Below are positions 50,401 to 61,660 of a stretch of 64,000 nucleotides of DNA, piece after piece. The position numbers and the translations under genes are program-made. Origin of the DNA: Hormiphora californensis (taxonomy: Eukaryota; Animalia; Ctenophora); contig CM035354.1 in NCBI GenBank assembly GCA_020137815.1, positions 7,874,001 to 7,938,000 of the forward strand, in the 5' to 3' direction. The notes below the pieces were generated by a model. The model was not told the origin of the DNA. It did no database searches and saw only the letters and a list, made by a program, of their open reading frames with translations. Position 1 is the first letter of the stretch. Each line of letters opens with the position of its first letter.

Positions 50401-53236
50401 ATCCCCAGTTTCCCTTCTAGCCTACTCACTGGGTCCTGTTTCTCCCCCTTTTTCATTATTATTGAGAGCCGAGATCAATTTCGTTTGAGTCTCCTCCAGT
50501 GTTTCCTTAGTTCCTGGATTATCCTCTCTGATTCCTCTTGTTTCCTCTCTGATTCCTCTTGTTTCCTCTCTGATTCCTCTTGTTTCCTCTCTGATTCCTC
50601 TTGTTTCTTCTTTTCTTCCATTTTCCTCTCTAACTTCTTCTTCTTTTCTTCTTTCTCCCTTTTCCTATACTCCTTTATCTTGTCCCTCTTCTTCTTTTGT
50701 CGCATCCTATCTGTCTCCTTTACCGTAGCTCCCTTTACACCACCTTCCTCTCGTTCACCTAGGTCTTTCAACAACGCCCATATCCTGCTGTCATCTTTTC
50801 GTCTTCTCCTCCTCCTTTCTTTCCGACTCAGTTCTTGACTAGCCACGTCGTTTCTCACCCTTTCAGCCATGTTTATACCAAACTAGAAATATCAGAGACA
50901 GAGAATCAAATATGTGTACTATGTTTCTATGGGAGGATATGTTATATTGAGGTTGTCATCAAATACCCCAACATCCCTTGTTTTGTTCAATAACAGTCTA
51001 ACTTGGCAACGCAACCGTATCAAACCGTGTCAAACCGTGTCAAACCGTGTCATCCCATGTGATCACTGAGACTAAGTCACTCTGTGTGGGAGTGACCTTC
51101 TCTCTGCAACATGTCTTTTGCACAGCTCTTATTTTACAAAGTGTTAGCTCTACCGGTGACTCTGGCTGGTCCGCAAGAGTGGCTGGAGAGGTTGTTGTTA
51201 CTAGTGCGGTCTGGAAGTGCCTCTTTCAGTTTGAGCTCCTGCTTATAAGCGCTCTGAGTAATGAGTAATGATGGGGGCAACAGGTGGCACCCCCTTCCTC
51301 ACAGGACTGGTTACAATAAAATATGCGCTCCTTCCCATTCTATTGTATGTGGGGGCACGGAAATGTGGTTCCCCTAGCCTACAGAATGCGATATCGAGGA
51401 CAAGCTGGAATGCGTGCCTGGGCTTATTGAGACGTGTGTCGGGGTACAGGAAAAGAGGTTCACCAGGCCCACTAAAATACAAAGTCTCGAGGACCCCTAA
51501 ATGAGTTCCATAGTTTAGATCACATTTAGATCGTTTAGGCGAATCTGTTTCCGATTCGCTATGCATTATTTGACAGGGATGCTGATGACGCGGTCTTCAC
51601 CCCCTTACTCAACAAATCGTCACCCCCTTGCACAAGAGTCTTGTGCAAGGGGGCGACGATTTGTTGAGCCTTGTGACAAGACGTAATACATATATAACTT
51701 AATGAGATTGAGCAACTAATGCAGAGATAATGACAGGAATTTATAAAAATCATGTAGTGAATCTAATCATCCCTAGCGGTTAGAAACATAAAGGTAGTAG
51801 ACATGATCCGGAGAAATACAAATGAGCTAGGACAGACGAACCCGGTGTAATTTGAAGTTTAATGGACCAACTTATCATCTTAACTTACCCTACGTTTAGA
51901 GCAGCTCGGTTTCAAACTGAGAACCCGTTCCAATGCTAGTTCGAAGAAGTGTTCGTAGGAGATGTTTGACCCTGCCTCAACCTCAATTATCTTACTGTTA
52001 AATATTTCCCAGTCCACTCTAGTTAGAAACATCCCGTCGCTGGAGGGAATGGACAACATATAACTGGAAGGTTTCGTTAGGGAACTGGAATATATTTTAA
52101 AGTATCTATTAGTGTTTCTCTAACGGGTGACAACTAAAAATTGTCCCTTATTTAAAACGGCTGTAGAGTTTTTCCCTTTTGAGACACAGCTTCGGGCTAG
52201 TGATAGAACGATTATTCAGAAAATTTTGAATCATAATAACATAACGTCACCCGTTAGAATAGTAGCGGAGTTGTCACTGTCAGAATTGTATGGCTAAACT
52301 AGTGAGCAGTTAAAGTTTAAGTCGGGATTCAGACATATGGCGCAGCTAGGACTTGGTAACTAACTATAATTAGTAAACCATGATTACAAGGTTACCCTGT
52401 TACTGTCACCTCTGAAACTCACTTGAAATTAAGCAGTCTGCTTTTCAGGTTATATAACGCAAGGGAACTGAGCTTAGCCTTGACATTTTGGGAAAAGGTG
52501 AATTCGGAAACTGTGTTACAGCAGGAGTAGCCCGCGGAGTCGGGTGGGCAAAACTGGAGGTTGGAGGCTATCACTGGTCTGTCGTATTTCTGTGAAAAAA
52601 GAGGGGAAGTTTGTTAGAATGTGTTAGAATAAGTTGGTCCACTGTTGTGGTGCATATAATACCATGCACATTATCTAAACGGGGTGCATTTCTTCGAACT
52701 ATAATTCTGCTATATCTCGGATGGAATATATATTCTCGCTCACTCTGTGAAATATATGTACCTCTCTCCCTGTCCGAGTAAACTTGATCTGATGGTAAAT
52801 ACTCTAGTTTTGTTGTTATAAACTCAACAAGTTTCATGGGAGTTTATAAAATTTTATAAAGAGCTGTCGCGTCGAGCAAGAGATACGATCAGCAACAACT
52901 TAACTAGCCATCCAGATAAATCGCCAGAACTCATTATTCTAACCATTTTAGAGATGAAGAATGAAGTTACCACTTGCAGAAACAAGACACATAACTATTT
53001 GGTAAATACTCAGTAAATAGGTACTTAACTTGTTTCTGCAAGTTGCAGAAACAAGTTAACTAAGTAACCCCCACTCACCTCCTCTTCTCCCATCCCCTAC
53101 TCACATGGTATTTGGCGGTTAGAATGGTTCTGATGGTGTTACAGGAGTCAGGAGGTGACACCGTTGCCAGGGAGCTCACCAGACAAACAAACAATCCGCA
53201 CTGGGTCATTATACCCCCGATCGTCCATCCTCCCAT
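47462..53236 (-). CDS. Glypican (GPI-anchored), multi-exon
   Basis: Signal peptide plus SCNTIR exon (~53105-53236); NLQFCPPDSAGYSCCNTVSE exon (~52423-52589); exons ~51850-52084, 48823-48920 and 48471-48597 (GCPVCL); last exon VCRDYCLNVVRGC, furin-like RRRKR, CWNG, RINPE and a hydrophobic GPI signal. Some middle exons not resolved. Confidence 0.88.
48973..49060. repeat. Short tandem repeat, ~30-bp unit TAGACGGTTCTTTAATCGAGGAAACACTTC x2 plus a partial copy
   Basis: Directly visible in a glypican intron. Confidence 0.8.
49421..50108. mobile_element. Non-autonomous TIR element with 8-bp TSD (GG termini; Merlin/MULE/hAT-like)
   Basis: TSD GATCTTAT at 49413-49420 and 50109-50116. TIR approx GGGGGGGTTCCCATGGTATACTTTGGTATACTTTGGCAC (left copy noisy); internal ATACTTTGG repeats. 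Confidence 0.8.
50422..50870 (-). CDS. Candidate nested Lys/Glu/Arg-rich coiled-coil protein inside a glypican intron
   Basis: ORF MAERVRNDV... with four 21-bp repeat copies (KQEESER). A single indel near 50500 would extend it to ...LEETQTKLISALNNNEKGGETGPSE*. Acceptor-like TTTCTAG 12 nt upstream of the ATG. Confidence 0.4.
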
Positions 53237-54040
53237 CTTGACCTTGGATCATGAAGGGTTGTAGGTTAGATTGGGTAGTTAGGGGGGGGGGGGCATATAA
53301 TCATTATCACAGTAGATGGGAGAAGAGGAGGGTAAGTTAGAGGGGGGGTTACATAGTACTTAGAAAGAGAGGGGGTTAAGCAATTTAGTTGAACAAGGAG
53401 GTGAGATGAGAAACAAGAATTATTATAAATGAAACTAAGGGGCTGATACAACAATCAACATGTTCACAGACGGAACATTGGTTGGCATTGTGTGTTACCA
53501 CCACAATAAAAAAGCATATATTGGTACATAATGAAAAATATCAACAAATTACCCCCCAACTCATTTGAATTTGGGGATAATTTGGGGTTTTGCCTTCTTG
53601 GCATATGACCGCCCCAAAAAAAAGGCCCCCAATTTTAAAACCCCAAAAAAAAAAAAAAAAAAAAAAGGAACAAAAAAGTAGGTAACCAAACAAAAAATTC
53701 CTTTATTGGATTCTTTCAGAACTGGAGAACCCCCTCCTCTCCTCTCCAGTTCCCCTCTCCTCTCCCCCGCCCAGCCTCTCCTCCTCCCCTCTCCCATTCC
53801 CCTCCTCTCCAGTTCCCCATCTCAAATGTAGCTTGTCTCCCCTCCTCTCCTGACTCCCCTCCCCTCTCAGCCTCCTCATCACCAGTCACCTCCTCCCGCC
53901 TCCAGTTCCCCTTTCAGCCCTACTGCATGTAGCTTGTCTCCCTAGCCCGGCTTGTGTGACACTCTCCTACTATTCCATCCCTAATTATCTCCCTAATTAC
54001 CCCCCCCCCCATACATCTAAAGTTCCAACCCTCCTTTCAG

Positions 54041-54937
54041 AGGCATTACGAATGCAGCAGCAGGCACCGTACATGCAGCAAGGAGGTTACTATATGAGTA
54101 TCGATGAAGCTACAGGGTGTGAATTAAAACACAGGCAGATGCAGTACAGCCCCTCTCCCCCAGCTACCCCTCACGCCTATGGACAGGTAATAGGGAGATT
54201 GTGTCCTGTGATTGTTTGCTTCTAGTGGCGTGTGATCTAACATGTTTGTAATTTCAGTTCGGTTCTCCTGGATCTGGCTACCACCGGATGACATCTCAGA
54301 TGCAGGATGTCAATCTTCACTCGCCCACCCATCTCTCACACAGCGGACAAGCCTCCCCTGAGGTAACTAACTAACTTACGTTTGTGACTATGTGTCATGT
54401 GACTATATGAGTTTAGTAATACTGTAGGATTCTACTAATGAGGTCAAATTATTTGATCGAAACAATTGTTTGGAAACAAGTTGTTTGGAAACAAGTTGTT
54501 TCAATTTGTAATACTGCTAGTGTTACATTACCAATAACAAATGTCCTCCAGATATTCGATATGAAGCCCAACATGGATGAATCCCAGTACATGTACTATA
54601 CACGCCCACCTCAACAGCACCAGCACCTACCTCCCTCTATACCCAAGATTCAGGTACAACATCACCCATCTACTTCCAGTCTCTCTCTCTCTGGGATCCC
54701 ATTCATATGATTTACTAGTTGTAAGACACCCTCCCCTACTAAATCCCCCTCATTATACAGGTTTACACACCGGACGAGGCGATGTCTCCCCAATACTACC
54801 CTCAAGACCACCAGGCTGGACCCTCAGGAGGTACTGGGCAGGACATTATAGACTTCCTGGATGGTCCTCTGATGCACGACGAGGATGAAGACGTCCAGGG
54901 AGACTCTATGTACTACAGCTACAGTCCATACAATTGA
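54041..54937 (+). CDS. CRTC: Probable CRTC 3' exons (clean copy)
   Basis: Exons 54041-54186, 54258-54362, 54552-54653 and 54761-54937 join in frame: Gln/Pro/Ser-rich, PSIPKIQVYTPDE (PxIxIT/TORC_C-like), acidic tail DIIDFLDGPLMHDEDED...YN*. Confidence 0.6.
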
Positions 54938-55190
54938 GTGTGTGTGCTCCTTCATAAAAACTTTTGAGCCGTCTGCACGTGCGTGTTTGCCATGTGCGGG
55001 TGGCTTTTTCCATTCTCTTTCTCCACTGAAAACCATTCACAAACTGCTAAAGAAAGAGAGAGTGATAATTGCTATCCGCATATGGTGACATTATGTTGTA
55101 GTGCGGGAAATGCTAAAGTTGGGGTTATTTTCTGTTTTTTGAACGTTTGTTTTGGGTAACACATACATTATTACCTCAAATGTTTGATTA

Positions 55191-55285
<95 letters not shown>

Positions 55286-55848
55286 ATTACATTGAGTTTT
55301 ATGTGTGTGAGTTAGATGGGTATCTGTTTATGATCTGTATCCCCTGTTAGAGTTGTCCCATTGAATGTGTATCAGCTGCCATTACCCGTGATCACGCTGC
55401 TGTTCCCACACGTCATTTGTAATATTACACACTTATTTTGTTTCGTTTAAAAAATTGTGAAAAGGCACAGATTTATTTTTTTGAATACTCAATTCACAGT
55501 TTACAGAGATGCCACATGGACGCATAAAGTGCCGCAATTATTTATTTTCCAATAACTGTCCTTCATTATTTTTGTATAATACACACCCTGAATAGATCAT
55601 TGTATTGTTATCACAGAGCAAGATAATACTAAATCCCGCTTCACAGAGAGAGTTAATCAATTCCAATACCCTGGTATTAGTTAAATTGTCTTCAACCCTG
55701 TTAGGGGAGCCTTCCCAGGACAAGATATTGTAAAATATGTTTGGTGAAGGATTTATTAGTGTGTGTGTCACCCTGGTCTATATTTCTTTTGAACAATCAC
55801 AAAAACCGTGTGCTTTCTGTCTCCCTCTTTCTGTTGTTTTTACGTCTG

Positions 55849-55932
<84 letters not shown>

Positions 55933-56490
55933 TCTCTGAGAGGGACCATTTCTTACTCTCTTATTCGCTCCCTCTCTCCCCGGGGGAGACTCCCCCTCTC
56001 ATTCTCTGTCACTCTTTTGAACTCGTGCGTTCATCCCAGCAGATATGATCCAAAACTTTCTCGCGCGTTCCGTACAACGCAGCATACAACACTGAATCGG
56101 ATCTTGCGCGCGCGAAGTGAAAGTAAAATCACGATTTTTTTTCGTCGCGTCAAACTTTTTTTGCAAAACTCGTTTTTGAAAACGCCTTGAGAGTTTTTTG
56201 AAAAAACTCTCAAGGCGTTTTCAAAAACTTTTTTCGCCAGCTGGTTGCCAACGCCGAGTCAACAGACAGTATACAGAGTTTGAGGCCTTCAATGCTGAAA
56301 CTGGACCATATGATATGCTCAATGTTCATACCAGGAAGGACCATTTTGTCATTTTCGGCAATTTCTTGTCTAAAATCGTATAATTTTTTCCTCTTTGTGA
56401 ATAGATTGCCCGTTCTCTTCCCTCTTTTACCCAAACTAATTTATAGATAGAGCCTAGCAGGTAGAGTACTTCTTTACCTCTGGACCAGGT

Positions 56491-57102
56491 CAGGGACGGC
56501 GCTGGGCCTTCGGCCCAGCAAGTCCCTGGGTGTCCGGGGCCAGGGGCGGCAGCCTCGGTCAGGGGGTGTGGGGGGTGAAACCCCCCACAAGCAGGGTCCA
56601 GGGGCGCAGCCCCGGCGGGGGTGTAGGGGGCAGAGCCCCCGCAGGCAGGGTCCAGGGGCTGCAAGCCCCGGTGGGGGTTGAGGGGGCGAAGCCCCCCGAA
56701 AATTTCGGACATTTTGAGGCGTTTTTAAACGATTTTAAGCATTTCTGAACTCCTTTTGTGAAAAATGGAAAAAAAGATGAAAGTTTTCTGATCACAAGAA
56801 AAAAAACTCATCCGCGCGCACACAACTTTCTGGGTGAACCGGACACCCTGGTCATGTCAAAATGCACTGTGGCGCGCGGAAGAACCCTCTTTATGCTCTG
56901 CCGTGCGTTACAGGTGCGCGCAGTGAACCTGGGTGTCCGGCAGAGCTCCGGACACCCGGCTGCGCACAAATCCAAGATTTCGCAGTTTTCACCGATTTTT
57001 TTCAAATTCTTTTTGTTTTTTTCCATTTTTTCTTCTTTTCTCTCTCCGTCTTTTTGGTCTGGGTGTCCGCGGACACCCGGACACCCACGAGCGCCGTCCC
57101 TG
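56491..57102. mobile_element. hAT-type non-autonomous element (612 bp) just upstream of POC1
   Basis: TIR CAGGGACGGCGCT / AGCGCCGTCCCTG; 8-bp TSD GACCAGGT at 56483-56490 and 57103-57110; GC-rich GGGTCCAGGGGC and GGGTGTCCGG/CCGGACACCC subterminal repeats. Noisy copy at ~43336-43920. Confidence 0.92.
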
Positions 57103-57158
57103 GACCAGGTCATTGTTTAGAGCCTCTGAAAAAGTAAAATATATCTAGGGTTTCCAGT

Positions 57159-59115
57159 ATGAAGGAAGATCCGACGCTAGAGAGGCACTTTAAGGGCCAC
57201 AAGGACACCGTAACATGTTGCCACTTCAACCCAAATATGAAACAACTTGCTACCAGTAGTATGGATGCAACTGTGATGGTAAATACAGATCCAATCCTAA
57301 CTTACAAACTGATCGAATCTTAGCTTGCATTCTTATCTCGTCCACACTCATCTCACTGACATAACTTCCCTCAGGTATGGAACTTCAAGCCCCAAATGAG
57401 GGCCTACCGGTTCCTGGGACACAAAGACTCTGTAATGTCTGTAAAGTTTAGTCCCTCCGGTCATCTCATAGCATCTGCATCACGGGACCGAACCATCCGA
57501 TTATGGATTCCCTCAGTCAAGGGGGAATCAACCGTGTTCAAGGCACACACTAACACAGTTCGGTCTGTCGACTTCTCAGCTGACGGGCAGAGTTTGGTTT
57601 CTGCTTCTGATGATAAAACAGTGAAACTGTGGACAGTGCACAGACAGAAGTTCCAGGTTAGCTTGTCTCTCAATGCTTTAATTGATCAATCGTCGATTTG
57701 TCCCCCCTCTGTGCTTGAGATGTTAATAAGATCCTCCCCAGGCTTCTCTAAATGGTCACGTGAACTGGGTCAAAACGGCCAAATTCTCATCTGACGGTAG
57801 AATGGTGGCCTCTGGAAGTGACGATAAGACTCTAAAGTTATGGGATATCGCCTCTAAACAGTGTATACACACATTCTTTGAGCACACAGGGTTTATCAAT
57901 GCGGTAGAGTTCCATCCTAGTGGTACGAGTGTTGCTAGTGCTAACTCTGACTCTTCGGTTAAACTGTGGGATCTGAGGATGAACAAGTTGCTGCAACATT
58001 ACCAATCTCATGGGTCCGCTGTTAACAGTGTCTCATTCCACCCATCAGGTTGGTGCTGTACCCAAATTGTACCCCGATTTTTCAAAAATTGCATCCCAAT
58101 TGCATCTAATTTTAGCTCTTGTTTACACTGTATTTCTCCACTGCACCCCCTCTCTCTTCCAGGTAATTTCCTGTTGACTGCCAGCACTGACACAACACTA
58201 AAGATAATGGATCTGTTAGAGGGACGACTGTGTTTCACACTTCACGGCCACAAGGGTCCTGCTATTGCAGCCGCTTTCTCTGGAACTGGAGAATACTTTG
58301 CTAGTGGTGGAGCCGATGAGCAGGTTGGTTAAAAAACAGGAGATATATCTGATATAACAAATTATGTAGATCACATTCCCTGTGTCAAATACTAAAACAT
58401 CCCTCGCCCCAGGTTATGGTATGGAAGACTAACTTCAGTGGGGAAGATGCTGCCCCTCCTGCCCCCAAACCATCCAAGAAGGAACATGTTCATAGAGCTG
58501 TAGACAGCAACATACTAAATGTTGAAAAGGGTAAGGAATGAAATAACCGTGACACTTGCCAGAGAAATAAAAGAGAGATGACTATCCCTCTAAAACACCT
58601 TTCTCCCCCTTGTAGCACCGAAACAGGTTGAAAAACAAGTGACTGTGTTGGCCCAACCTAAAGATTGTACTGTATCGGACCCAGAACCAGTTAATGTTGG
58701 ACCTGCCTTGTTCAGTCTCCCAACTAATACTGCCACTCTTATGGACCAGGAAACTAACCCTAATGAGAATAGCATCTTTGCAACGTGAGTCATCTACCTG
58801 TAGTTAACTGAGCTGCATTATTTAGTGTCATGACTAACATTATTATGATTTCAAACAAGTCCGTTAGGCAGATCAGATTTCCCTCCCAAATTGTAAACCG
58901 TTATCTCTCCCTCTCTCGCAGTACGACCTCTCTGGAGCCCCAGTCTATACCTCCCCAGCTGGCAGCCACACTAGAACACATGGTGGGTCAGCTAGACGTC
59001 CTGACACAGACAGTGTCCATATTAGGAGCAGCGGCTGACTATGACAGAAAACAAGCTGAAAGAATGTCTGGACAATCAGCAGATCATCTCCCTTCAAATT
59101 AAGCCAAATGATTAA
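57159..59115 (+). CDS. POC1: POC1 centriolar WD40 protein, multi-exon
   Basis: [19 protein letters not shown]...[18 protein letters not shown], a run of WD40 repeats, and C-terminal Poc1 coil [34 protein letters not shown]. One extra G near 59025 shifts the frame and is absent from the other copy. Confidence 0.95.
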
Positions 59116-59333
59116 TAGATAGTGTGATAAAGTTTTTAAGTTGTTCACAGTTGTATATTAAAATATTGACCACAAATAATATTATTGAAGCATGTTATAT
59201 TATTAATTTATACACTTTGATATGCCGGCATATGTATTTTCTTAAAATTACAAATACAGTTTTTATTTTGTGTCATTTGCAAATTCTAGGCAAGCCCCTA
59301 TCCCCCCTCTACACATCCTGTCTCTAGCATATA

Positions 59334-60077
59334 ATGGCGAGCCAGAAAATTGTAACTTTTATTACTGGAAATGCTAAAAAGCTGGAGGAAGTCACAGCCA
59401 TTTTGGGAAAGGAATTCCCTTTTACGCTTACATCCAAAAAACTAGACTGTAAGTGCTTGTGAAGAAATAACAATCTCTTCCTCCCTCTCTTTACCCGCCA
59501 TTTTAATTCCAGTGCCCGAACTGCAAGGGGAACCGTTGGAAATTGCTCGTGAAAAGTGCCTCCTCGCAGCAGCACAGGTACGTAGCGCGCACTGACCCAC
59601 AACACGCGCAAACTGAAAGTAAATAATGTCAGCAGTGCTGAGACATAAACATCCATACACATGGGGAATACATTTGTATTTCCCGCGCCCCCGAACTATA
59701 CACAAAATGTACACCCCCTCTCTTTAGATGAACTATGAGGCTGTGCTGGTGGAAGATACATGTCTGTGTTATAACGCCCTTAACGGTCTACCTGGTCCAT
59801 ACATGTAAGGGAAACCACATGTCATTTCCGTTATGGGTTGTGTCATTGGTTATTGAATAACTGAGACGTTACACAACAAATATATTGCCTTGTCATGAAC
59901 CACATTACCAACAAACACATCACCCCTCCTAGAAAGTGGTTCCTGGATAAGTGTGGGAGGGAAGGTCTTTACAAGCTGCTAGCTGGGTACCCAGATAAAT
60001 CAGCCTACGCACTGTGTACTTTTGCATACTATGATCCAGAGAAAAAGAGAGTGGAAGTGTTTGAGGGAAGATGCAAT
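59334..60077 (+). CDS. ITPA: ITPA clean copy, 3'-truncated (last exon missing; runs into a CT microsatellite)
   Basis: [25 protein letters not shown]...[32 protein letters not shown]...[12 protein letters not shown]. Confidence 0.9.
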
Positions 60078-60207
60078 GTACGTTAATCTCCTTTCGAGTT
60101 TCTCTCTCTCTCTCTCTCTTCACCTTTTCTCTCTCTCTCTCTCTCTATCTCTCTTTGTCTCACTTCTCTCTCTCTCTCTCGTCTCTCTCTCTCGTCTCTC
60201 TCTCTCA

Positions 60208-60240
<33 letters not shown>

Positions 60241-60859
60241 CCCATCCTGTTGACACTCCAGCCCTTAGTTTAAATCACAAATGACTTCATGAGCTCTTCC
60301 TTGTCTACAATCAGACCCACCCTTGAGTGAGTGTGGCCTCGGCTCAGTCTAGTAAAACTTCATGAGAATTTCAATTATTCTATTTCGCCATGAATATTGA
60401 TCTAAATTCTGGCCAGTTTCAAACATCAAAATAGATTTACTCGGTTTGGATAACAGAGTATTTAAGGTTGCCACGTGCACATGGCACCTAGACACGACAA
60501 GGTGACAAACAACATGAAAGCTCATTCCCCCGCACAAAAAAACGCAAAAATAGAGAAAAAACAAATAAAGAATTTTATTTGCACACCACTATTGCACAAA
60601 ACACCCTACAAAACAACCGAAAAATGCCGGCAGGCCCTAGTAAGAACAAAGAAAGTGGTTCTGTTTTTCGGGCGTTGGGGGCGTCGGAGCGGCCCCGGAG
60701 TTGCGGCTGGGCAAAAACAAAAAAACATGTCAACGAGTGTTGGAGACACACCGTTTGGAGAATTATCGACTGTGAAAATTTGTGGTTATGCATGTTTCCA
60801 TTGTAGCTATTCCTTTGTGTCACGACGTTGGCGGAAATTTATTGGTATTTTTTTTACAA

Positions 60860-61660
60860 TTAACATTAATTTAAATATTTACGCGTAAATTAAAAATGGT
60901 GCAAGGGCACCGTTGCCCTTGCAACATTGCCTGTGATGTTAAACTGCTCACCTTGCACCGCGGCCCTGTGCACCAACTTCTATTTTCCGCTTCTTCTGCT
61001 TAAAATATCGACTTGAAAACTTTGTAGGATGTTCCTTCAATCATTACAAGCATGATGTCTTCCGAATACGTCATTCCGGGAATAAGTCAAATAAAAAATT
61101 TAATAATTAGTTGTAGTATAGAGTCCGCAGTTTAGCAAAAACAAATGGAATTTAGGGTAGCATCTGCACCTCATATGGGCAGGCACTTATGTGCAAGGCA
61201 TAATGGTGCCAAGGGCAGCCCTTGCACCAATTTTATGATCGAACTGTGTCCACACCGTTTAATATTTTGACCACGAAACTTTCTATGCTACTGTCTAGTA
61301 GCATAAACTAGAGTTGAGTACTAGAAGATGCCGTATGATTAATATATCAATAGGAATCATAAATTATAGGCACAAGTTAATCAAAATTCTGCCCTGTTGG
61401 CACCAATATTGTGCAAAGTTCCCTTATGAACATTGCCCTTGTTTCACCATTTTGTTGCCCCGATGCCACTAAATTATATCTTTTCCGTTTATGCTTAAAA
61501 CAGACATCGACTGTGAAAACTTCTTACCTCAGAATGTTATTCTAGCACTAAAACATTATTACATATAATCTACCGAAAGTGGGAGGAATACGTCAAAAAT
61601 TAATAATTAATTAACTTAGAGTGAATTTTTCGGGGTGGCCCCCTGCACAATTTTGGCAAA
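60860..61660. repeat. Probable transposon remnant with dispersed CCTTGCACC / TGCAAGGGCA motifs
   Basis: Repeated short motifs in both orientations in AT-rich non-coding DNA; ends not defined. Confidence 0.35.

Noticed and set aside
51850-52960. Separate nested gene suggested by ORF 52571-52837
   Set aside because: Translating the other frames shows glypican exons (FCPPDSAGYSCCNT) with proper splice sites; the listed ORF is mostly intronic.
31172-54937. POC1, ITPA and glypican all nested in one giant CRTC intron
   Set aside because: CRTC 3' exons already occur (noisy) at ~41.05-41.88 kb, so the later copy is better explained as a duplicate or misassembly.
59020-59030. Programmed frameshift in the POC1 last exon
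   Set aside because: The other copy (45711-45730) lacks the extra G, which points to a sequencing indel.
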